Source: Thiohalophilus sp. (GTDB lineage: Bacteria > Pseudomonadota > Gammaproteobacteria > UBA6429 > Thiohalophilaceae). From it: a stretch of DNA of 24,000 bases. Position 1 is the first letter of the stretch; each line of letters starts with the position of its first letter. The translations under genes were made by a program, and so were the position numbers. This document shows, one piece after another, positions 1 through 7,848 of the stretch. Below the pieces are notes generated by a model. The model had not been told where the DNA came from. It saw only the letters and a program-made list of their open reading frames with translations, and did not search any database. The DNA is taken from contig NZ_JAXHLN010000002.1 in NCBI RefSeq assembly GCF_034522235.1, forward strand, positions 162,896-186,895, given 5' to 3'.

Positions 1-212
1 TTTAGTCTGATTGCGCCGGGCCCGAAATTCACACCTGAGATCATAAGGTGGGTAGTGTTTGGCCTGCCTTCTCGCGCTATTAATGATTTTTTAACAGTTA
101 CTTGAAGCCTTGGCTTAAGAATAACATCTCTATAAATGTTCCAGCCTAAAGCTAAGGCTGCAACACCAAATGACAGCATGCTTATTATTAATGCAATCTC
201 TTCTTTATTCAT
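1..212 (-). CDS. Partial CDS cut by the window edge: N-terminal TM protein, reads MNKEEIALIISMLSFGVAALALGWNIYRDVILKPRLQVTVKKS...NFGPGAIRL
   Basis: Manual translation of the minus strand from ATG (CAT at 210-212), open to base 1; it starts just after the attC core site GTTATAC. Missing from the ORF track because it runs off the window. Confidence 0.7.
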   Translation of the reverse strand, partial: MNKEEIALIISMLSFGVAALALGWNIYRDVILKPRLQVTVKKSLIAREGRPNTTHLMISGVNFGPGAIRL

Positions 213-217
213 TATAC

Positions 218-307
218 GTATAACGATTGAGCTAAGGGGTCGGCAAACCGCGAAGCGGTTTGGCGGTACCGCCTGCGGAGGAGGCATACTTGGACGATTT
301 GTTATGT
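218..307 (-). other. attC-like recombination site 1
   Basis: Plus strand GTATAAC(218)...GTTATGT(307); minus strand ends CCCTTAGCTCAATCGTTATACG; GC-rich hairpin core AAACCGCGAAGCGGTTT. Confidence 0.85.
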
Positions 308-310
308 TGC

Positions 311-703
311 TTATTTTTCATCTGGCTTTATTCTAATCGTTACAGTTGCTGCACCACCTACACCAATACCGAGAAATTTTCCATCAGCACTAAAACTCGC
401 CGCAAACTCTATTTCACTAACAAAATAATCATCAGTCATCGTGGATATTATTTCTTCTGCTATAGAATTAATTTCATCTTTTGCTTTAGAGTAACCCTGC
501 CTTAGTTTGCTGACAGGAACAGGTGTTTGCGTTTTGTCTGGAACATAAACACCACCAGATGATCTTTTATAACCAGCAGGTTTTTTTGCAATCTTTTTCT
601 TTGCAGATTTTTTTGAAGCAGCTTTCTTGCGCTTCTTACTAGCGTCACTTTTTTTAGTTACTACTCGTTTTTTAGATGCTCTGCCGGTTGTTTTAGCTCT
701 CAT
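311..703 (-). CDS. Lys/Ser/Ala-rich N-terminus followed by a domain resembling Trypco1 (trypsin-co-occurring domain 1)
   Basis: ORF of 130 aa; C-terminal pattern VSEIEFAASFSADGKFLGIGVGGAATVTIRI resembles the Trypco1 pattern (EVEFGLKLS...G...AxxTVTL). Confidence 0.6.
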   Translation of the reverse strand: MRAKTTGRASKKRVVTKKSDASKKRKKAASKKSAKKKIAKKPAGYKRSSGGVYVPDKTQTPVPVSKLRQGYSKAKDEINSIAEEIISTMTDDYFVSEIEFAASFSADGKFLGIGVGGAATVTIRIKPDEK

Positions 704-724
704 ATTTGAACCTTTAGGGTAGAA

Positions 725-866
725 AAATAACAGATATTAGGCGGAAATAAGGTCCCTTTAATCTTGCCCTGGACACCGGCGAAATTCTGCATAGACAGGT
801 ATTTATAACGACTTACCCCATTTCATGAAATTAGAATATGCGGAGATTTTTCCGCTTTTATTATTT
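725..866 (-). other. attC-like site 2 (long, VCR-like; distal core degenerate)
   Basis: AAATAAC at 725, complementary inner arms GGCGGAAATAAGG / CGGAGATTTTTCCGC; same family as 5610-5753. Confidence 0.55.
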
Positions 867-1005
867 ATTAACTGTAGCCCCTTACCCCGCTTTTGCTAGC
901 CAAGTTACTGAATCAAATATCTGCTTTGGGTCGTTATCTGTCTATTCATATATTCTAGACTACACAAATATCATTTCAATAGACGGTGAGCGGCCAGAAG
1001 CCGAC

Positions 1006-1077
1006 ATTCAACGTTAAAGCTGTGTGGCGCAAACAAAGCGTAGCGTAGTTTGCGACCGAACGAGCACCTTGTTAGCG
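1006..1077 (-). other. attC-like site 3
   Basis: ATTCAAC(1006-1012)...GTTAGCG(1071-1077); the stop of the 1072-1554 gene lies within the site. Confidence 0.75.
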
Positions 1078-1554
1078 TGTATTATTCTGTAAATTCGCAA
1101 GAGCATTTCCAACTCGTGACTTCTCGGCATTTTCTGTAAAAATTATAAGTGAGTGCAATATTGCATTAGTCATTTCGGCGATATTCCAATCTTTAATATC
1201 TGGAGTAACATCCATTCGTGCGTATGTGAGATGTGCGATCTCCTTACCAGTGCGAGAACGTGTTGGCTTAAGCTCTAATGGAAACTCTGGGCGAATTTGT
1301 TCCCATTGGGTTTTCGACATAAAAAAGTCACTAGCTATAGCATCATCTTTTTTTATGTTAGATGGATCCCAAATAAAATCTATTAATGCTCTCAAGTGTA
1401 TTGTGAAAGAACTCAAAAAAGCATTTATAACAAACTGTTCGTTATTTGGCTGAGATAATACTCGTGCAGTATTTATTAGCATATTGACTTCATAAGATAA
1501 ATGCTCTTTTGCAAATGCTTGTAACACCTCATCTGATGGAATATTTCTCGACAT
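1072..1554 (-). CDS. Hypothetical cassette protein (160 aa)
   Basis: ORF bounded by attC-like sites 3 and 4; start reads GTTAGCGTGCACAAGGATAATAATG (R' then RBS then ATG). Confidence 0.8.
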   Translation of the reverse strand: MSRNIPSDEVLQAFAKEHLSYEVNMLINTARVLSQPNNEQFVINAFLSSFTIHLRALIDFIWDPSNIKKDDAIASDFFMSKTQWEQIRPEFPLELKPTRSRTGKEIAHLTYARMDVTPDIKDWNIAEMTNAILHSLIIFTENAEKSRVGNALANLQNNTR

Positions 1555-1569
1555 TATTATCCTTGTGCA

Positions 1570-1641
1570 CGCTAACGGCTATGCTCATCCGACACTAAAC
1601 AGCGTCGCGATTTAGCGCTCGGCTGGAGAATGTTGTTAAGC
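1570..1641 (-). other. attC-like site 4
   Basis: CGCTAAC...GTTAAGC with complementary inner arms (GCTCATCCGA / TTCTCCAGCCGA). Confidence 0.85.
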
Positions 1642-2190
1642 ACTCTCTTTCCTTTGAAACCATTTCTTTACCTTTCGCCAAAGGCTATTTAAGTTTATAC
1701 CCATACCGAAGAAGTTCGGTTTGGCCTCGATTACAGGATCTGAATTCGATATGGCGGCACTCGTATTCCACGCCGTTTCTGACAGATCGAGTTGTTTCCT
1801 CATAGTTACGCTAAGTTCCAATTTCACTCGGCCGTACATTTTAACGTTCACTGCTTCTTTGACCCAAGCAGGCACGTTCTCGCCTGGAACTGCTCGGACG
1901 AAATCGTTTTCATAGGCAGGTTTAGGGTGTTTGTAAAAGTACATCTCTGTCTTCTTTGTCTCTATCCCCCACCCATTGAGTCGTACGTGTAGATTCTGCC
2001 CAATTCCTTCACCGTAGACAAAATAGACAAAGTATTCACTGTCGGAGAACCAATAGAGGTCGTGCACCAAATCTTGAAGCGCTTCATCTGTCCCCAACTG
2101 GTCTGGGACGAGATCCACTCGCCGCGTTCCCTCACTAATCTCAATTGGGGGCGGCAATGACTCCGGCCATTTTGGGCGTTCTTCCACCAT
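1636..2190 (-). CDS. Hypothetical cassette protein (184 aa)
   Basis: ORF bounded by attC-like sites 4 and 5. Confidence 0.75.
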   Translation of the reverse strand: MVEERPKWPESLPPPIEISEGTRRVDLVPDQLGTDEALQDLVHDLYWFSDSEYFVYFVYGEGIGQNLHVRLNGWGIETKKTEMYFYKHPKPAYENDFVRAVPGENVPAWVKEAVNVKMYGRVKLELSVTMRKQLDLSETAWNTSAAISNSDPVIEAKPNFFGMGINLNSLWRKVKKWFQRKESA

Positions 2191-2203
2191 AGGGCTTATC
2201 TGT

Positions 2204-2283
2204 GCTTATCGCCCTCCATCACCGGCGCCAAAAATAGAGCTGCGCGACAAATTTTTGGCATCCTGTGCATGGGATTGTTAAAA
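2204..2283 (-). other. attC-like site 5 (degenerate R')
   Basis: GCTTATC...GTTAAAA with arms GGCGCCAAAAATA / AAATTTTTGGCATCC. Confidence 0.6.
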
Positions 2284-2286
2284 GCT

Positions 2287-2496
2287 TCACCGGGTGTGAC
2301 ATTCCCTGGAGCAGGTATAGCACCCATCCACATTCGGATAGATTGTACGGGCTTTTGCTATTGCGTCGCTGCACGATGAGAAGTAACCCAAATATGTGCG
2401 ATTACTCGGAAAATAGGTGCAGCCCTCCTTATGTACCTCATGCTCACCTGTTGATTGCGCTTGATCGTTAACATAGTAGTGGTCCATTTTATCCAC
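2287..2496 (-). CDS. Small cysteine-containing cassette protein (69 aa)
   Basis: ORF ...TYLGYFSSCSDAIAKARTIYPNVDGCYTCSRECHTR. Confidence 0.7.
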   Translation of the reverse strand: MDKMDHYYVNDQAQSTGEHEVHKEGCTYFPSNRTYLGYFSSCSDAIAKARTIYPNVDGCYTCSRECHTR

Positions 2497-2501
2497 CTCG
2501 T

Positions 2502-2756
2502 TCAGTGTTCTTTGTCTTTTGGAGGATTGGGGTCATTTCCCGGAGGGATAGTGTCTTTGCTTCTGATCTTCCCATCTCGACCCTTGGTAGTGAGTTCACC
2601 CCCGCCAGATTTTTTCAACATGTCACGAGCAGAACCTTCAGCCTCCTTCTGCGTACGATGTACGCTACCAGCACGATCTGCGTCGTTTCTCTTATTCTCC
2701 CAACCCCCATCAGAACGACGAGAGACCGTTCTATCTCTACCTTTACTCATGACCAT
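2502..2756 (-). CDS. DUF2188-like small protein
   Basis: MSKGRDRTVSRRSDGGWENKRNDADRAGSVHRTQKEAEGSARDML..GELTTKGRDGKIRSKDTIPPGNDPNPPKD; T+KEA...GRDGKI...DP.PPKD pattern. Internal start chosen over the track start at 2783, which lies at a truncated attC. Confidence 0.65.
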   Translation of the reverse strand: MVMSKGRDRTVSRRSDGGWENKRNDADRAGSVHRTQKEAEGSARDMLKKSGGGELTTKGRDGKIRSKDTIPPGNDPNPPKDKEH

Positions 2757-2767
2757 CTCCCCGTGGC

Positions 2768-2775
2768 ATTTAACA
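2768..2775 (-). other. Truncated attC half-site (ATTTAAC)
   Basis: ATTTAACAG then abrupt change to element sequence ACATGGGATCGGTGACAAACGAG that recurs near 13443. Confidence 0.4.
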
Positions 2776-2921
2776 GCGTACATGGGATCGGTGACAAACG
2801 AGAAGCATTTGCATTACTATTTATCGCTGCCTCATTTCTTGCAATGTCGGCTTCGGATAGGTCAGCGTCCATCAGAATTTGGCGCATACTTGGTGATCCT
2901 GTCATCACCAGGAGAACTACC

Positions 2922-3548
2922 ATGACCTACCGTACCGAATTTCCACATCACGCTGGACCCTGGAACAAGGGTAGATTAGTTGGCCAGAAGCCGCCACTGA
3001 AAATCCGTGAAATCTGGGCAATCCGTATTCGCCTTCAGTTGGCAAACAAGGTGAGAGAACTGGCCCTGTTCAATCTGGCCCTGGACAGCAAATTGCGCAG
3101 CTGTGACCTCGTCAGGCTACGGGTACGCGATATTGCTCACGGCACCCAGGTATCCAAACGCGCCATGATCCTGCAACAGAAAACCCAACAGCCCGTTCAA
3201 TTCGAAATAACCGAGCAGACTCGTCAGGCTCTTTCGATCTGGATCGACCAGGCACAATTGTCCAGCGGCGATTATCTCTTCCCGAGTCGGATGAAGAGAT
3301 CGCCGCATCTTTCAACCCGACAATATGCGCGGATCGTACAATCGTGGATTGCCGATATTGGGCTGGATCCAGCTGACTATGGGACGCACTCGCTACGACG
3401 TACCAAGGCGACTTTGATCTATCGACGCACGAGGAATCTTCGTGCGGTTCAGCTGCTACTGGGTCATACCAAGCTGGAAAGTACCGTCCGCTACCTGGGT
3501 ATCGAAGTGGATGATGCGCTGGAGATGGCGGAACAAACTGAGATCTAA
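2922..3548 (+). CDS. Tyrosine-type site-specific recombinase, minimal (208 aa, catalytic domain only)
   Basis: Conserved residues LDSKLRSCDLVRLRVRDI (R), THSLRRTKAT (HxxR), LLGHTKLESTVRYLG (H...Y); ATG at 2922 coincides with the start of similarity to the copy near 9958. Confidence 0.9.
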   Translation: MTYRTEFPHHAGPWNKGRLVGQKPPLKIREIWAIRIRLQLANKVRELALFNLALDSKLRSCDLVRLRVRDIAHGTQVSKRAMILQQKTQQPVQFEITEQTRQALSIWIDQAQLSSGDYLFPSRMKRSPHLSTRQYARIVQSWIADIGLDPADYGTHSLRRTKATLIYRRTRNLRAVQLLLGHTKLESTVRYLGIEVDDALEMAEQTEI

Positions 3549-3602
3549 TCGGAACTGGTCGGTGAGTGGCCAGGTACGGTCACTTACCGGCCAGAAGCGG
3601 TC

Positions 3603-3689
3603 ATTCAACGCTCGCCATAACCGGCGGCCATAAGGGACGCGACGAAGGAGCGGCGCTTTTGGATGTCTGAGTTGATGGCGTTGTTATGC
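3603..3689 (-). other. attC-like site 7
   Basis: ATTCAAC...GTTATGC; minus strand GCATAACAACGCCATCAACTCAGAC...GCCGGTTATGGCGAGCGTTGAAT, a classical attC layout. Confidence 0.9.
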
Positions 3690-4067
3690 ATCATCTTCGT
3701 CAATTCGATTGATATGTGGCGTGACTATCTGGTGCCAGCGGGTATGGCAACTCTGACAGAGATACGACTGAGGCCATTTTTCTGACTCGCCGCCAAATAA
3801 CGCATAAGGCGCCCAATGGTGCCTTTGCGCGCCTTCGGAGCCGCACACTTCGCATTTTCGTTTCAGGTATGGCGACGGTACTTCCCTTGGATCGAGGCCT
3901 GATTCCTTTATCTTGTGGTACGAGAAGTACTGTTTTTGACGATACCCACAATCACATATGAAGAAGTATTGATAAACACCGCCCTGGTTCTTGCACTTTA
4001 CAAGCTCCCAAGCCGAGTACCAGCCGCATTCTGGGCATTCGACTTTCGGTTGCTCAATTGATGCCAC
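3684..4067 (-). CDS. Zinc-ribbon/HNH-like protein
   Basis: CPECGW...CDCG...KRKCEVCGSEGAQRHHWAPYALFGGESEKWPQSYLCQSCHTRWHQIV; CxxC...HH...CxxCHxxWH pattern. Confidence 0.7.
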   Translation of the reverse strand: MASIEQPKVECPECGWYSAWELVKCKNQGGVYQYFFICDCGYRQKQYFSYHKIKESGLDPREVPSPYLKRKCEVCGSEGAQRHHWAPYALFGGESEKWPQSYLCQSCHTRWHQIVTPHINRIDEDDA

Positions 4068-4104
4068 GACACCACCCTCTTTCTACAGTCGTCGTAGAAC
4101 CGCC

Positions 4105-4165
4105 AGTCACCCGGCGGCCCCGACACAGATCCGGACGTGCGGAATTACCGCATCCTGCTCCTCAG
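4105..4165 (-). ncRNA. Group II intron 3' end remnant (domain V-like)
   Basis: Minus strand GAGCAGGATGCGGTAATTCCGCACGTCCGGATCTGTGTCGGGG, the hallmark 3' structured segment downstream of group II intron RT genes. Confidence 0.7.
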
Positions 4166-4194
4166 TCATGTTATTCACCCGTGCTGGCACGGCC

Positions 4195-4602
4195 CTAGTA
4201 CCAATCTACCACAACATGGTTTCGTTTCCAGACGCGCAGCGGCTGAATTCCATAGTGATTCAGCACGGCTTTAAGTCCGGTCCAGTTGTAGCTGTGGCGT
4301 TGACTCCGACGATTCAACCACTTATAGAGGCTATGGACAACATGCCGGTATAGCCTGGAAAGGCTCCGGCTGTTGTCAGGCAGTCCGAAGTAGTTCGCTA
4401 TGCCAACCAATTTACGCTCAAAAAGAGGGCGGAGGGATTTAATTTTAACCACCTTTCCAGATTGCTCACTTTTTAATCCCTCCGTCCCCTTTTTCGCGTT
4501 TTCGTCAATGTACCAAGGTCGTCCGAGCAGGTCTCCATTAACTGGATCTACATCGTAGGACTTAGAAACAGTTTTCCCGCATGTTAGGCATTTGAGTTTC
4601 AT
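4195..4602 (-). pseudogene. Chimeric ORF: cassette protein N-terminus fused to group II intron reverse transcriptase/maturase C-terminus
   Basis: C-terminal half KLVGIANYFGLPDNSRSLSRLYRHVVHSLYKWLNRRSQRHSYNWTGLKAVL matches the RT/maturase C-terminal pattern (KLxGhxNYyGvxGNxRsLxxfyxxv...KWLNRRSQ+rSfxWxxF); the N-terminus is a CxxC-containing unrelated segment. Confidence 0.75.
4430..4484. repeat. Short palindromic element with 10-bp inverted ends CGGAGGGATT / AATCCCTCCG inside the chimeric ORF
   Basis: Exact inverted ends 4430-4439 and 4475-4484; 21 bp (4431-4451) recurs at 17146-17166. Confidence 0.7.
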
Positions 4603-4611
4603 TCTTACACC

Positions 4612-4842
4612 TCACAGCCTGTTCTTTAATCGTTCTTCGGTTTTTTTTGAAACAGGGCCAGGAGTCGTCAGCTCCTCGATTTCGGTGTCAGTGGCGAAAA
4701 TTGCCGTTTTCAATGACACCCATCCAAAGGCCAGCACAAGGCCGCCGACGAGATATTTCCACCAACCTTCGAAACCGAAGATCAGCCAAGTTGCTATAGC
4801 CAATGCGGCCAGACCAGAAATAAATGGAACATATCGATTGCC
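4612..4842 (-). CDS. Small membrane protein (two hydrophobic segments)
   Basis: MGNRYVPFISGLAALAIATWLIFGFEGWWKYLVGGLVLAFGWVSL; AAGGAG RBS upstream of the internal ATG; the track GTG start at 4866 overlaps the attC core. Confidence 0.7.
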   Translation of the reverse strand, partial: GNRYVPFISGLAALAIATWLIFGFEGWWKYLVGGLVLAFGWVSLKTAIFATDTEIEELTTPGPVSKKTEERLKNRL

Positions 4843-4864
4843 CATGCTGTTCTCCTTATTTTGC

Positions 4865-4942
4865 ACCTAACGCCCGGCTCACGCGCCGGTTTGGAGCCGC
4901 AAAGCGGCGGAAAATCGGTCGCTGTGCAGCCGGTAGTTAGGT
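4865..4942 (-). other. attC-like site 8
   Basis: ACCTAAC...GTTAGGT; arms CGCCCGGCTCA / GCAGCCGGTA. Confidence 0.9.
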
Positions 4943-5551
4943 AATTCTCTCTCCATAGAGTGTATAGAGCCTCTCGCTAAACCTTCTGTTTATCCGGACC
5001 TCGCTTGTTGCAGCATACATTTCACCCCCGCAGCCTGGATGCTGTATTCCAATAGCCTTGGGAACCCTTTGCTCGCTGTAAAAGTCATCAAGGCCCGCTG
5101 GCAGTCCTGGGAACCGGAACACATCCGAAGAACCACATGACAAGCAATGCGCGTCTCCCATGGAGATTAAATAACTCGCTAACGCTGATGGACTGACCAA
5201 TTCCTGACTCAGATTATCCAAACTAACTCGAATCGTACGAATCGCTTCGTTGTCGGGCTGGTGATTCGAAAACAGCCTGCGGAGGAATGGCTTCGATCTT
5301 TTTGCCTTCTCAATCTCTTCGGCTAAGGATGATTCTAAATCTGCAACATCGTCCTTGAGCGACTTGAATCTGGCTGCCTGATCCGTATCTTCGATTGGGG
5401 CAACAGATTCACATGAATTGCACCACCCGAGTGTTCGCGGGAGCGAGATACTTCCGAACGGTGTTTGGTATTTAAATATCCCAAAACACACGCCCGTTGA
5501 TCCCGAGTAGTCGCAGCGATCACATGTAATGTCTGTTGCAGGTACGGACAT
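4937..5551 (-). CDS. Cysteine-rich (zinc-ribbon-like) hypothetical protein
   Basis: 204 aa ORF with CDRC, CNSC, CLSC pairs. Confidence 0.8.
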   Translation of the reverse strand: MSVPATDITCDRCDYSGSTGVCFGIFKYQTPFGSISLPRTLGWCNSCESVAPIEDTDQAARFKSLKDDVADLESSLAEEIEKAKRSKPFLRRLFSNHQPDNEAIRTIRVSLDNLSQELVSPSALASYLISMGDAHCLSCGSSDVFRFPGLPAGLDDFYSEQRVPKAIGIQHPGCGGEMYAATSEVRINRRFSERLYTLYGERIT

Positions 5552-5609
5552 ACTGAATCTCCTTAGAATGTAGTTCCTCTACAGTTGGCGCTCGGCAGTC
5601 GGCTGAATT

Positions 5610-5753
5610 GCATAACAGATATTAGACGGAAATAAGGTCCCTTTAATCTTGCTCTGGGTCACCGGCAAAATTCCGTATAGACAGGCACTTACCCCGATTT
5701 TCCCCATTTAATGAAATTAGCAAAGGCGGAAATATTTCCGCTTTTTGTTATAT
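5610..5753 (-). other. attC-like site 9 (long, VCR-like)
   Basis: GCATAAC(5610)...GTTATAT(5753); complementary arms AGACGGAAATAAGG / CGGAAATATTTCCGCTTTTTG; ~70-80% similar to 725-866 by eye. Confidence 0.7.
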
Positions 5754-5862
5754 GTTAAATGTAACCCTTCCCATTGCGTTTGTCACCCAAGTCGGTATTA
5801 TCCTTGGCCTTTTGTCCAAAAAGGAGGTACCACTATGGGGACGCGTCGGACCAGATTATAAG

Positions 5863-5925
5863 GGTCCTAAACTCCTGGATCGGGTTCATTTTGCCTGCCG
5901 CCGGCGGCACCTGAGCCCTCGCACT
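5863..5925 (+). pseudogene. Short remnant resembling the N-terminus of a XerC/IntI-type integrase
   Basis: GPKLLDRVHFACRRRHLSPRTV, cf. the typical IntI/Xer N-terminus (PKLLDxVRxxLRxRHYSxRTExxY). Confidence 0.35.
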
Positions 5926-6074
5926 GTCCCCGGAATTGCTGGACACAGAGTTTGGAACACCCTCCATTAAAGCCCCTTGAGTTTTTCCGGCACAGAGGCC
6001 CCTCGCCACTCATTGACACTTTCAAGCCAATGCGATTTGATTGATTATGTACATGTAGATAGCAATTTTGTGGC

Positions 6075-6992
6075 TTACTCTGTTAACAAAAACTCTGGTT
6101 CTGTATTAGAAAGATCATCAAAAAACATACCTGACATTAATAGTTGCCGGTCCTTCTCTATTGCCTCTCTCTTGCATTGGCTAAATTTCTTATTTTTTTT
6201 AACCAAGTAAGCTCTATATCCTTCCGGCAACTTCATTCCTTTCATGGCCAAAGCCTCGTATTCCGTAAGAAGGTCGTGCTTCAACTCAGAGTCTTTCCAA
6301 CCTTGATACCTGGTATAATTCTTCAGCGCAAATACTTTCTCAAGATCCTCGCGTTCCCCCTTCTTCAACATACCACATTTGGCTTTAAGCCATTCATGGT
6401 ATGCGGGTGGGTATTCCCCAGCTAACCCTCTGTACTGTTCCATACTAATCTTATATATATCGCCAGATGACACTGTGAACATTTTGTCAGCCACAACATT
6501 GGGAACATCCATCTCTTCCATATAAGATCGTATGTATTCTGTTAATTTATCGTATTGTGCTTCTGCTTCATTTCGTCCCAAGTTTGAAAAATAACTTTTA
6601 TCGTAATATGGCCGATGTAACCCTATATCTCCTCTCTGGAGATTTCGGGTCCCGCCAAAAACAATTAATGCACAAGAACTATTGCAAGTTGAAACCGGCA
6701 AGACCTTTGTATGCCCCCTTCTAACCAATCTGCCAATTTTTACAGCCTCTACAACATCACCTCCTGGAGAGGAGATCTTTATAAGTTCAGGAAATGTACT
6801 ACGCCGATTGACTATCGAGATATACTCTTTCATATCACCTTTTTGGATTTCACCATTTATATGGATCGCATATCCTGCTCCTGCTACATTATCCTCTTTA
6901 ACGTAAAAATCAGCAGAAACGGCCACATTTGAAAGTGCAGAAAATAACAAGGACATCAGCTTTATATATATATTTCTATTCAACTGTTTCAT
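6075..6992 (-). CDS. Secreted/periplasmic ClpP-fold serine protease-like protein (COG3904-like)
   Basis: Signal-like N-terminus, then HINGEI...ISSPGGDVVEAVKIGRLVRR...STCNSSCALIVFGGTRNLQRGDIGLHRPY. Confidence 0.8.
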   Translation of the reverse strand: MKQLNRNIYIKLMSLLFSALSNVAVSADFYVKEDNVAGAGYAIHINGEIQKGDMKEYISIVNRRSTFPELIKISSPGGDVVEAVKIGRLVRRGHTKVLPVSTCNSSCALIVFGGTRNLQRGDIGLHRPYYDKSYFSNLGRNEAEAQYDKLTEYIRSYMEEMDVPNVVADKMFTVSSGDIYKISMEQYRGLAGEYPPAYHEWLKAKCGMLKKGEREDLEKVFALKNYTRYQGWKDSELKHDLLTEYEALAMKGMKLPEGYRAYLVKKNKKFSQCKREAIEKDRQLLMSGMFFDDLSNTEPEFLLTE

Positions 6993-7174
6993 TATTACGC
7001 TTCTAATTTTAGTAATTGCGGAATTCCGGGGACAGTATTCATATTTTTAGTCCCACGCTTACAATGAATCAGGCAGACGGCCCTAATGTCTACTTCGGGC
7101 CGGTATCTGCCTATTCATATATTCTATACTACATCAAGATCAGTTCGAGGGACGGTAAACGGCCAGAAGGCGAT

Positions 7175-7262
7175 ATTCAACGTTATGCTAAGGGGCGCGG
7201 AGCCGCATCGCGGTGAAGCGTCCCAGTGAGCGGGAGCGAACATCTTGAGCTTTTTGTTATAT
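7175..7262 (-). other. attC-like site 10
   Basis: ATTCAAC...GTTATAT; minus strand ends CCCCTTAGCATAACGTTGAAT. Confidence 0.75.
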
Positions 7263-7747
7263 TATTTCGATAGCAACTTGCTCTTCTCGCTCTCAAATTC
7301 TTCTCTTGTTAAGGCACCTGCGTCATATAAATCCTTCAATTTCTTGATTTGTTCATATTTCCCAGGATTACCAATATTAGTTTTTATTTCAGCATTACTT
7401 TCACAGATAAACACTATTTCAATTCTAGGGAAATTACCTAATATATGAGGTGGTCTGGACGTCCTTTCACTTAGCGTACGCATTTCCTTATTTTGCTTTT
7501 TGCAAAAATCGCTTGCTCTTTTCTCAGCACTAACTCTTATTGATTGAATTGACACAAATCCTGTGGCAGCTTGATGAAATATTCTATATGCATTTTCGTC
7601 TGATATGCCTGCTTCAACAACAGATTTTTCGCCTTCATAAACAGCGTCAGCAAAGGCCGACTCACTCTCACTAGCCTTTTTTATGGTTGAGGCAGTCGAG
7701 CATGCAGTTAGCAGTACTATTGATAATGTGACAATTAACTTTCTCAT
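7262..7747 (-). CDS. Lipoprotein with C-terminal SHOCT-like motif
   Basis: MRKLIVTLSIVLLTAC lipobox; C-terminus EQIKKLKDLYDAGALTREEFESEKSKLL. Confidence 0.85.
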   Translation of the reverse strand: MRKLIVTLSIVLLTACSTASTIKKASESESAFADAVYEGEKSVVEAGISDENAYRIFHQAATGFVSIQSIRVSAEKRASDFCKKQNKEMRTLSERTSRPPHILGNFPRIEIVFICESNAEIKTNIGNPGKYEQIKKLKDLYDAGALTREEFESEKSKLLSK

Positions 7748-7761
7748 GATTTTCCTATTTG

Positions 7762-7848
7762 AATATAGCGTTTGTGATAACCGGAAGCCTAAAGTGTCGC
7801 GCTGAAGAAGCGATGCTTTTGGCTGACCGTGTTTATTGCGTTGTTATG
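7762..7848 (-). other. attC-like site 11 (degenerate R')
   Basis: ATATAGC...GTTATGC; minus strand GCATAACAACGCAATAAACACGG...CTTCCGGTTATCACAAACGCTATAT. Confidence 0.75.

Noticed and set aside
2505-2921. N-terminal 139 codons of the 347-aa ORF on +
   Set aside because: Overlaps the DUF2188-like gene on the other strand; similarity to the second recombinase copy supports the ATG at 2922.
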